Positions 25,601-31,202 of a DNA stretch of 32,000 nt are shown here, one piece after another. The stretch spans positions 120,001 through 152,000 of the forward strand of contig CALSTM010000001.1 in NCBI GenBank assembly GCA_943789275.1, given 5' to 3'. The DNA is from Candidatus Poseidoniaceae archaeon (lineage in GTDB: Archaea; Thermoplasmatota; Poseidoniia; Poseidoniales; Poseidoniaceae). The number at the start of each line of letters is the position of its first letter. The first letter of the stretch is position 1. The notes below the pieces were generated by a model, which worked only from the letters and a program-made list of their open reading frames with translations, was not told where the DNA came from and searched no databases. The position numbers and the translations under genes were made by a program.

Positions 25601-26384
25601 AACTGCTGAGGCGAACTCAGATTGGGGCAAGTGCAACGAGTACGCTTCTGGATCCGGTTCTTTCGGTGCAACTGCACAGAACCTACCAACCGTTGTTCGT
25701 ACAATCGGTGCAAGTTCTGTTGCCTCGTTCGCACCAAGCATTGTTGTGGTCAGTCTAACTGGTCTGTTCGTGAGCGCTCTTGCCTTCTCCAGCCGCCGTG
25801 CTGATGATGAGGAAGAAGTCGTTGAGAACACTCTGGAAAACGACGATATGGCTGTGAGCCCAGTTATCGCTACCATCCTTATGGTGGCGATCACTGTGGT
25901 TCTCTCCGGTGTCATCTATGTGTGGGCAAGTAGCCTAGCAGAGACCGATGTCAAAGGTGTACCTCGAGTGACCTTTGCTATCGATGATGTCAACAGCTTT
26001 GATGTCGATGAAGGCCACTGGCGAATCACTGTACAAGCTTCAGAAACTGACTTGGCAACTCAAGCAGTTGAGGTTCGAGTGTTCTACGTTGATGGCAATG
26101 GTGAACCACAAGTCAAGACGACCAATCTAGCAGATACTGCAGGCGTTTACGGATTCAATCCTCAGAACAGTGACTCTATGGTCACGTTCGTGGATCAAGT
26201 GAATACAGAAGGTGACGATAAGGTCTCGACCTTTAACACCGGTGACACAATCTTTGTGCGCACGCATGACACTGACGGAACACCTCTCGAAGATGTAACC
26301 ATCTCCCTGAACTATGCACCAGGTGCAGGTCAAGGAGCACAACTTCGTACATGGTCTGGCTTGTCTTACGACGTCAGCGCTTGA
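19338..26384 (+). CDS. Giant surface adhesin, 3' portion (real coding from ~19610): PbH1 beta-helix repeats, cadherin-like repeats, TM anchor, pilin-like C-terminal module
   Basis: The first ~90 codons of the ORF (MNWKMIMETFG...) do not look like protein. From DKPLEFGFDWEH onward the composition matches the upstream gene. There is no start codon or signal peptide near 19610; the first in-frame ATG is at 19725. Confidence 0.85.
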   Translation: MNWKMIMETFGTLLIQNTLDTIQSALQTLSLVQLDTRPTLLEQLAVCQVGIVIPMATHTVQITHRALLDITTKSISECLVLARHTLVTTTDKPLEFGFDWEHIEGVSPTGSYAYYPYHYWGASYSTYQAMYNPVFYPPEGFKGSYNICYDRAYSYYMSAGQGARMTMPTIDISAANISKVSLYMDVLHNRADNYQDRLEVVARSGDNAALLGAYARESGTPLFKDGTITGADTGVMIGGEFAAGHIQDVTVTSPTDSGLEVTGQTAATSDGLTVTGGDYGVLIGNSASGSMDFMNIDFDGNTNAGMYYSKDLAGAMSGTVVNSAAAFKYGPNTDNDVTYSDLSIATNTVGVEAGGSGDFTFTDVAMSNTKDFSITGQSNIEFIEGTVDSTTVDVTGTGEFTRMRSLEVELLADTFAVPDATVTLIDGDGAAAGSGTTDSSGIAEGLNFVTATVDSSGLYIPSLTGYEVMSVAKIDYYYTTSTNNLADFRYASQAVTLSDLTGNSATVPLTNQITERVCWYSTSTQYTTVSPCAGSFFTSGVRTYDDGNGGTVNEYAYSNSLTIGQEDNTIMMDTPYIYFKSNTPYNLNGTTILSTGAYDFYGTQRWYTSYPYGGQVYMNDAAMYGVAVDDEGDMFGVEVGYYGSPITTFVANNTIFSNVAKISSQNGYTWGTSSQYLWEIEEFSVTNSTITHYQGYTELNNAIQNTDICMILGGGENSVVSDNIFNDCGVGVHLQRSPYWNRHAGVVGADNATISNNIFNDGGEIADIWLYRDGSSDNAMISGNILNNGGAAAAAIALYDGSHTGVMISGNTINAATDGIYIDNALDYRITGNTITGAGDASYAAISALEGYGDIDNNTIIDADGGIIVDSATSPPAPTTSLCSIASNSYRYTATCSATLAAGKTLDINIATDSWGYEASIDVTKPDGTVDSFGRGTSTTFASNTQYTPLVSYSAPGLYAVSLQDSYGDGGTDVFMVEGGVAAGYTGPTIADNSIGISAGRTAPSAVGLVFEDCDGVSINSARNTITLSDIAMDIDNCDVTDVSSVITGSNDASTVGIDSDDASGDTLTLSGTTISGYATGVEKTSGELILTGDASITGSDYGVSVDDATVVAINAAVNGGATGTGLHVVDSDDVWVYPMNASGLVGMYVENSPFRWDGGTSTATTTLEVVESQGSIENMTWTTSSTQIDAGSNAYVTSIGNTIDENRLVVDSSATIDEANLFSMESTHLNAAPTKEVAMMIKSTDGTRASYVSTTFQPEVMTVDGSNDDWIGGNALNPSGYAMPGLMSGDGTNDMLVTYIEGDDLYIGLTGEDLAASDVLIYLSVDGSGSSTGYNLGGSHNLPFQANYVLWADSESSYDLYSYGFLGWGATSLSSATVDVASASGLTEISIPFSRIGGTPSQIDIVAIVQGESTADVSTVHPTQTIDSANTLQNFTQYITVELTHDDLLTGEINDEVLVYRSYKGSNTPSVAKNYDVIIKTEADCEYDWETTTDLSLATNVEITMNMARACPEIQSTLDDISVAEDSGAYTFSLTNLADDVQDLEADLTWTSAAGTLVAYDNVLVDWNQNGQTVTITPLDDQFGTLEYEFEVTDSNGLTDKKNITFEVTNVNDAPVICNVEDAGCMPIFSSDDSFDNILAEGFGTHTKDLGTVSNASKSYIRDMANEQSPVRQIYDWDASVDSTCVAFTVEVNTLNSLIITENTSNEKGGSCTVTLELSDDGAENTAATPYTVDFSVAPVNDAPVITLQDTDGQNLLISDAGSRANGEGEFITMTEDDTNADNLTWDLLPLMNDIDHDVPADLTWTVEPTAQCAYTNYFTTAIVGTDLVFTLIPDATTNGYDWEVDYMNDNGIHQLRPGGQTFCAINLVLEDTATAPSHTPNYDTTVLNSAFTEQLAPYTQGQDDVVMYVTIDRVAENVADYSLDATNGVNFNGISNIMTGTYVPVSVNIDAGGDEGPYNYDHMLAVTFHTDGHFEDETTRYYNVPDYGTTLVVEENIFITKDTTKVEVSMDVLTCLNNPCDLTVSSSERFQSDDPESHRANNGGSQGALWSSPGQYGQNASQTSERRPMLQDSFWCNNRMTTLDLATAEANSDWGKCNEYASGSGSFGATAQNLPTVVRTIGASSVASFAPSIVVVSLTGLFVSALAFSSRRADDEEEVVENTLENDDMAVSPVIATILMVAITVVLSGVIYVWASSLAETDVKGVPRVTFAIDDVNSFDVDEGHWRITVQASETDLATQAVEVRVFYVDGNGEPQVKTTNLADTAGVYGFNPQNSDSMVTFVDQVNTEGDDKVSTFNTGDTIFVRTHDTDGTPLEDVTISLNYAPGAGQGAQLRTWSGLSYDVSA
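19604..19611 (+). repeat. Tandem tetranucleotide GACA-GACA at the frame-change point of the giant gene
   Basis: The sequence is tac tac GACAGACA ag cca ctt. Deleting one GACA joins ...SYPGYYD to KPLEFGFDWEH... in one frame. Confidence 0.85.
21459..21950 (+). other. PbH1 / NosD-like parallel beta-helix repeats
   Basis: SDNIFNDCGVGVHLQ, ISNNIFNDGGEIADIWLY, ISGNILNNGGAAAAAIALY, ISGNTINAATDGIYIDNA, ITGNTITGAGDASYAAISA, IDNNTIIDADGGIIVD: the classic ~22-aa I-x-x-N-x-I-x-x-x-x-x-G-I periodicity. Confidence 0.7.
23901..24975 (+). other. Three cadherin-like/Ig-like adhesion repeats with VNDAPV linkers
   Basis: ISVAEDSGAYTFSLTNL...EFEVTDSNGLTDKKNITFEVTNVNDAPVI (VNDAP at 24171-24188). A second VNDAPVI is at 24558-24575, 129 codons later. 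The third repeat is ITMTEDDTNADNLTWDL...DLTWTVEP.... The x-N-D-A-P-x linker is typical of bacterial and archaeal cadherin-like tandem domains. Confidence 0.65.
25728..25790 (+). other. C-terminal transmembrane anchor of the giant adhesin
   Basis: FAPSIVVVSLTGLFVSALAFS is followed by SRR and an acidic stretch (positive-inside, then DDEEE). This parallels the TM plus acidic tail that ends the neighbouring surface protein. Confidence 0.75.
25848..26384 (+). other. Archaeal type IV pilin-like module (class III signal-peptide-like N-terminus, DUF1628/Pilin_N type), in frame with the giant ORF; possibly an independent 178-codon CDS
   Basis: M-A-VSPVIATILMVAITVVLSGVIYVWASS matches the hallmark (G/A)-(V/S)SPVI..IL.VAITV.L. 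The following ~150 aa (VTFAIDDVNSF..GHWRITVQASETDL..FNTGDTIFVRTHDTDG..AQLRTWSG) resemble the usual small beta-rich domain of such proteins. The stop is at 26382-26384. Confidence 0.7.
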
Positions 26385-26418
26385 GTTTAACCACTGAAGT
26401 GACGATAACGGACGCATT

Positions 26419-26552
26419 GGGGAGGGGTTTTCCCCTCCCCTTTGTCTCCCGCATCCCTTGATCGGGATGACTACCTTTCGGGGTAGAGAGCTACACGATC
26501 GCAGGGGGTTTCCAAACGGGGCCCCCTGCCTTCGTCCCCTTTTTTTCTTTTT
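26419..26552 (+). terminator. Cluster of four GC-rich hairpins followed by T7 and T5 runs after the giant gene
   Basis: GGGGAGGGG-TTTT-CCCCTCCCC (26419-26440, perfect 9 bp). CATCCC-N6-GGGATG (26452-26469). CTACC-N6-GGTAG (26471-26486). GCAGGGGG-N13-CCCCCTGC (26501-26529). Then TTTTTTT (26540-26546) and TTTTT (26548-26552). Confidence 0.5.
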
Positions 26553-26612
26553 ACACTCTATGGCTGCGAGCGAAGCCTTTCAAGTGATTAGCCTTTCAGC
26601 CAATTGAAGGAC

Positions 26613-27293
26613 ATGTCGAATTCACCAGAAATACCGTTAACCAAGTGCGTAGTTTTTGATTGCGATGGCGTCTTGGTCGATGCAGTGAGTTCGTGGAGAA
26701 CACTGCACGATCACTTCGGAACTGACAATTCACTTCACCTCCAACGCTTTATACGCGGCGAAATCACTGATGTGGAGTTTATGCGCTCAGATATCCAAAT
26801 GTGGAAAGCAGTACAGGACCCGATTTCCCGAGATGAACTCTTTCGTGCATATTCGGGCGTCAAATTGATGGACGGTGCTCGTGAGGTCGTTGAAGAGTTG
26901 CAGCAGAACGGTGTGTTCGTTGCCATTGTCAGTGCTGGAGTCGATTTGTTTGTTTCTTCGATTGCTGCAATGCTCAAAGTTGATGATTGGATTGCCAATG
27001 GCTTTGTCTTTAACGATGATGATTCATTATCTGATGAAGGTGTATGTCGACTTCATGCCACCGGTAAAGGAGAGGTGATCCACCGACTTTTGAAAATGAA
27101 CCATTTGGATGTAGGTGGCTGTGTTTCAGTTGGTGATTCCGAAATGGATTTGTCGATGCACGTGGATGGCAGTCGATTCATTGGATTCAACCCAACTCGT
27201 GACACCTCTATTGAAGCATTTAATTCTGCAGATATCGATGTCGTCCACAGCAAAGATTTGCGTGACATTCTGCCGCATCTTCGATTGAAGTAA
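26613..27293 (+). CDS. HAD-IB family hydrolase, phosphoserine-phosphatase-like
   Basis: Motif I VVFDCDGVLVD, motif II VAIVSAG, and K...GDSEMD motifs III/IV. The overall pattern parallels archaeal PSP (..ELKNRGY.VAVVSGG.D......GKG......VGDGANDISM). The ORF track starts at TTG 26604; ATG 26613 is preferred. Confidence 0.8.
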   Translation: MSNSPEIPLTKCVVFDCDGVLVDAVSSWRTLHDHFGTDNSLHLQRFIRGEITDVEFMRSDIQMWKAVQDPISRDELFRAYSGVKLMDGAREVVEELQQNGVFVAIVSAGVDLFVSSIAAMLKVDDWIANGFVFNDDDSLSDEGVCRLHATGKGEVIHRLLKMNHLDVGGCVSVGDSEMDLSMHVDGSRFIGFNPTRDTSIEAFNSADIDVVHSKDLRDILPHLRLK

Positions 27294-28910
27294 TCATGCA
27301 AACGGAATCGCTGTTGTTGCATGACTTTTCAGATTCACGATGGTGAGCATACAGGGTTTAGGCTGAAATCCGAGCATTCGTTGATACGAAGTTTGGTCTT
27401 GCCAAGTGCTTGAGCAAATCAGCGTTGTTCCCTTGTAATCCACGCAAGCGTGACCGTGTACGTGCCCTGTGACAAAAATATCTGGAACTTCTCGAATGAC
27501 CAGCCCGTCCTCCGGCTCTGGAGAAAGTGGCGTTTTCCCACCCCATTGGGGGGCTAAGTGTCGACGCCTGAGCATTTGGCGCATGGCTTCGACTGGATCT
27601 GCATAGGTCACAGTTCGCAGCCCGGCCACGAAGTCGTCAATGGATTTCCCGTGATAGGACAGTAGGCGGACTCCATGAAGCGAAAAATCACATGGATTCC
27701 CTACGAATGTAGTGGTGTTGTAATCCTGTTGAATATCCTTTTCGAACGTCGGCTGTGGTTCGGCCGGTCGAACCGCATCATGATTTCCCGGAAGCATGAC
27801 ACACTCGACCCATTCGGGTAGCAACTCTAAGAGACGAGCGAATTCGGAATATTGTCCAAACAAATCAGGTATTGATAACTCACTGTCTTGGCCTGGGTAT
27901 ATTCCAACTCCATCGACACAATCTCCAGACAAAATGAGGTATTTGATCGTCTTTGCCAATGGGTCAGTATGGAACCACCGGACCATTTTATGCCATTGAG
28001 CCTCAAGGAATGTTTTCGAGCCCACGTGGATATCTGAAAGGAATGCAACGCTCACACCGTGTTCTGCTGAGGCTTTTTGATGACTTGCTTCCATCGGGAA
28101 GTGCAAGTCGTCAACGTAGAACATATCTCCAGTTTGACTGAAAGTACCTGAAACTCCTAACACATCGTCAGGCATGAGTCCTGCTTCCAAAATCTGTTCT
28201 TGTGCTCTGTCCCTGTCGTTCCCCTTCCTTTTGGTCAAAAGACATGTGAGTTCACCGGTTTCATCTTCGAGATTCCACATGAGATGCCCGTTTTTCGTAT
28301 AGCGAGGTTCATTCACCAATCCAATCGCCACAGCTTTGTTTTCATAGCCCTGATAACGGCTGCTTTCAGCATGCAGCCTCGAGATCTCGGTTGGTGTTCG
28401 AGGCAATCTCGAGTTTTGAATAATCATCTTACGTATGCTGCGCAATCTGTCTCCAAAGCACGATGTAATGTCTGCCATTTTGCCTTCTGTGATGCTGTTG
28501 CCTGTAATGTCGTAATGCACGAGGATGTCCGCTGGTGCATCGGACGCGTTTTCACTAAAGTCAGCAGTGTTCCAGTCTGGTAAGTTGTTTCGAAACTTGA
28601 TGTCAAGTGGCTCTGGTGCCTTTATTGGGGCTATTGTCCTTCCAAGTTCAGCGACCGGTTGTTTCCTTTGTGTCTCCATGCGTTGGGTTTTCTGTTTGGT
28701 TTGAGAATTGCTGTTCTTTTCATTCCAAACTTCAAGCATCGATTCCAATATTTCATGGGTTAGGTAACCTTTGGTGAAACCGACAAGTGGTGCACAATCC
28801 AGCACGCCCTGAAGGTCATCGTGTTCGAGGAGTTTTGAGCGAACTGAGGCAGCAGGGAGTATACCCCTGTTGCGTAGTAGACTCGTCATCTCCTGCTCGG
28901 TGGCACCCAT
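27294..28910 (-). CDS. dp1: DNA polymerase II (PolD) small subunit DP1
   Basis: Calcineurin-like phosphoesterase motifs (AFLSDIHVGS, LILSGDCVDG, LPGNHDAVRPAEPQP, FVTGHVHGH) sit behind an OB-fold-like region and an N-terminal helical domain. The size of 538 aa is typical of DP1. Confidence 0.9.
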   Translation of the reverse strand: MGATEQEMTSLLRNRGILPAASVRSKLLEHDDLQGVLDCAPLVGFTKGYLTHEILESMLEVWNEKNSNSQTKQKTQRMETQRKQPVAELGRTIAPIKAPEPLDIKFRNNLPDWNTADFSENASDAPADILVHYDITGNSITEGKMADITSCFGDRLRSIRKMIIQNSRLPRTPTEISRLHAESSRYQGYENKAVAIGLVNEPRYTKNGHLMWNLEDETGELTCLLTKRKGNDRDRAQEQILEAGLMPDDVLGVSGTFSQTGDMFYVDDLHFPMEASHQKASAEHGVSVAFLSDIHVGSKTFLEAQWHKMVRWFHTDPLAKTIKYLILSGDCVDGVGIYPGQDSELSIPDLFGQYSEFARLLELLPEWVECVMLPGNHDAVRPAEPQPTFEKDIQQDYNTTTFVGNPCDFSLHGVRLLSYHGKSIDDFVAGLRTVTYADPVEAMRQMLRRRHLAPQWGGKTPLSPEPEDGLVIREVPDIFVTGHVHGHACVDYKGTTLICSSTWQDQTSYQRMLGFQPKPCMLTIVNLKSHATTAIPFA

Positions 28911-28973
28911 AGTGTGTGGTGACGCATTCAGTGCAAAAGCACATCGGCTCGTATGTTTGAGAAATGAAGACGA

Positions 28974-29669
28974 CTAATCCCATTCGACCTGTTTGTCAAG
29001 GGCTGTTTCTTCGGCTGGAGCCGCTTCTCCATCCCATGCTTCATCTTGCCACGGTGCAGATTCACGAGCAGCTTCCTCTCGCTTTTGCCGTTCCAATTCA
29101 AATTGAATCTTTTCAGCAACTTCGTCAGCCATTTGTCGTTCCTCTTCAATGCGTTGCTCTTCGGCTTGTGTCATCGCAACGTCCCATCTTTTGATGGTCG
29201 AGTTGAGTGCGAAATGAACGAAACCAATTTTGTTTTCGGCACGGTTTCCACCAATCTGAGTGGATTCAGCATTCGCCCAATTTTTGGATGCGATTCCAAC
29301 ATAGACGAGACCCACTTTCTTGTTGGAACCATCGTTTTTAGGTCCAGCAATACCGGTGATTGAAATCGCAATATCAGCATTCGCGTTTTTGAGAGCACCT
29401 TGAGCCATTTGTATGGCAACTTCAGCAGATACAGCACCTTTCTTTTCGAGGGATGAAGGTTTAACGCCGAGTTCCCGGATTTTAGCATCGTTCGAATAGG
29501 TGACCCATGCCTGGTTGAACCACGAGGAAGCACCAGCAATATCGGTAAATGCACTTGAGAGCAAGCCTCCAGTACATGATTCAGCGACCGTAATGGTGTG
29601 ACCGCCTTCTTTGATGCGCCGAACTAGACGAGCTGCAGCGGCTTGAACATCTTCATCCATGCAATTCAA
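28974..29669 (-). CDS. CinA C-terminal-domain protein (PncC-like NMN amidohydrolase) with a 66-aa charged C-terminal extension
   Basis: TITVAESCTGGLLSSAFTDIAGASSWF..GWVTYSNDAKIRELGV...GAVSAEVAIQMAQGAL....ADIAISITGIAGP....GLVYVGIA is the CinA_C/PncC signature. The tail is MTQAEEQRIEEERQ...KQVEWD. Confidence 0.85.
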   Translation of the reverse strand: MNCMDEDVQAAAARLVRRIKEGGHTITVAESCTGGLLSSAFTDIAGASSWFNQAWVTYSNDAKIRELGVKPSSLEKKGAVSAEVAIQMAQGALKNANADIAISITGIAGPKNDGSNKKVGLVYVGIASKNWANAESTQIGGNRAENKIGFVHFALNSTIKRWDVAMTQAEEQRIEEERQMADEVAEKIQFELERQKREEAARESAPWQDEAWDGEAAPAEETALDKQVEWD

Positions 29670-29742
29670 TCGCAGTGTTCACCTGTTTTGAGGTTAACGC
29701 CTGCATCAATGCCTTCAATAACACCTTCTTACAGGAACGGTT

Positions 29743-29815
29743 GGGTCTGTGGTCTAGTGGTTATGACACCGCCCTTACACGGCGTTGATCGAGGGTTCAA
29801 ATCCCTCCAGACCCA
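29743..29815 (+). tRNA. tRNA-Val (anticodon UAC)
   Basis: GGGTCTGTGGTCTAGTGGTTATGACACCGCCCTTACACGGCGTTGATCGAGGGTTCAAATCCCTCCAGACCCA. The acceptor stem is GGGTCTG/CAGACCC, the anticodon loop is CTTACAC (anticodon TAC), and the T-arm is GAGGG-TTCAAAT-CCCTC. No CCA is encoded. Confidence 0.9.
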
Positions 29816-30130
29816 CTACCAAAGGTATGTCCGAATATTCTGGTCCGCATTGGCAATCACTTTGGTAATCCCTGATTTACGTTGGAACTCGGTGGCTTGT
29901 TCTTCGGTTCCATCAACGAGTATGAGGTGAACCGCTCTTTGCCACAATCCGGGTATTGGGGTTGAGCCTCTATGGTCGACAGCCACCAAGATGTCATCCA
30001 GTTCAGTAAACATCAGTAAAGGTGTTGAATCTTCGATGTCTTGAGCTTGTAAAAGCAACCACCTTGCTCCATGCATCGAAGCACGAACATCGTCGCCTAA
30101 ATCCTTCAGTGTGACGACTCGGATTCTCAT
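29816..30130 (-). CDS. Hypothetical 104-aa protein, translationally coupled to pelota
   Basis: Its ATG overlaps the pelota stop (ATGA at 30127-30130 on the minus strand). The sequence looks like protein (MRIRVVTLKDLGDD...HLILVDGTEEQATEF...). I do not recognise a family. Confidence 0.55.
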   Translation of the reverse strand: MRIRVVTLKDLGDDVRASMHGARWLLLQAQDIEDSTPLLMFTELDDILVAVDHRGSTPIPGLWQRAVHLILVDGTEEQATEFQRKSGITKVIANADQNIRTYLW

Positions 30131-31197
30131 CCCTCCATTGAATAGCGCAGCATGGCCATTACTCCACCAAGTCCCATGAGTTGTTGCCCACCGTCATGGT
30201 CTATGGAGCATTGCACCATCACAGCACCAATATCTGCAAGACCGTTTGTCCATTCAAGCCAAGTTTTACCGTCAATTCTTTCGGTTTCAGAACGCAGTAG
30301 GTCTGCGGAAATCAACAGTGTTTCAATAGCACCCTCATTCATAGCACGAACGAGGAATTCTTCACCGTAGGCGACAGCTCCACCGGTTGACAAGCGCTTC
30401 CATGCTTCTTCAATGAGAGCAATTTCATTCGATATGGCGTACTCGCTCAATAAATTCCCTGCAAGGCCCTCGCGTAGAACTTCATTCGCCCCCGCTCGAC
30501 CACCCATGGATGTCGCAATCGATTTCATAATCCGAGTTTCACCTGACGCTCGCAGATCCGCAAGCAGTGCATCCCTCGCATGCCCAGGCCCACAGACAAT
30601 CAACGGTGTTGAACGACCGAGTGTATCGACCAATGCGTTGATGACATTTGAACGAAAAGTACTGGCGATACTGGCTGAATGGCGAATCTCACCTCTCTTT
30701 CCACCACCTCGCATCGTCCACGTTGCACCTTCACGTAATCCACGGCCAGTGACATGGAATATGACCACTTCATCCGTTTCGACAACCGCTAAAACGACTT
30801 GCGATTGGCCTGATGCCTTTTCAGATTGAAGTAATAATTCGACATCGGCAGGTGTGAAGAAAGCGTGCGTCGATAGTTCGACTTCATCACGAATTTCTAC
30901 AAGGTGTGTATGGTGCATCCCGATATCAAAGTGGGCTTCCTCAATTGTACCGTGAATCCGTAAGTGCTCGCTAAACGTTTGGTATTCAGTGTCCTGGACA
31001 CGAAGGCGAATCCACATTTTTTTCCTTTCAGCAGATTTAGCCCGCCCCCCTTCTTCTCCACCTGTTGTCTGGTCACGTCGTTCACCAAGCATTGCAAAAT
31101 GCATGCCTTGACGAGTCATACGGGCGAGTGCCCACAAGTCATCGTCGGTCTCCAATCGGAGTCGCCAAACTTGGGGTTCTCGCTTGAGGATTTTCAT
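30127..31197 (-). CDS. pelA: Pelota (archaeal Dom34 homologue, ribosome rescue / no-go decay)
   Basis: The N-terminus MKILKREPQVWRLRLETDDDLWALARMTRQG is typical of Pelota. The protein is 356 aa with an eRF1-like three-domain layout. Confidence 0.9.
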   Translation of the reverse strand: MKILKREPQVWRLRLETDDDLWALARMTRQGMHFAMLGERRDQTTGGEEGGRAKSAERKKMWIRLRVQDTEYQTFSEHLRIHGTIEEAHFDIGMHHTHLVEIRDEVELSTHAFFTPADVELLLQSEKASGQSQVVLAVVETDEVVIFHVTGRGLREGATWTMRGGGKRGEIRHSASIASTFRSNVINALVDTLGRSTPLIVCGPGHARDALLADLRASGETRIMKSIATSMGGRAGANEVLREGLAGNLLSEYAISNEIALIEEAWKRLSTGGAVAYGEEFLVRAMNEGAIETLLISADLLRSETERIDGKTWLEWTNGLADIGAVMVQCSIDHDGGQQLMGLGGVMAMLRYSMEG

Positions 31198-31202
31198 TTA
31201 CT

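Noticed and set aside
9476-25915. Numerous 60-160-aa antisense or off-frame ORFs inside the surface-protein genes (e.g. 9476-9928, 16933-17424, 20351-20755, 23940-24359, 25514-25915)
   Set aside because: These are typical shadow ORFs of long, codon-biased genes. All are nested in strongly supported coding frames, and their translations are low-complexity with no signatures.
26385-26425. Possible C/D-box sRNA (CTGA at 26392-26395 next to GTGACGA)
   Set aside because: The box order and sequence are wrong: the D-like box precedes an imperfect C box, and there is no terminal stem or second box pair.
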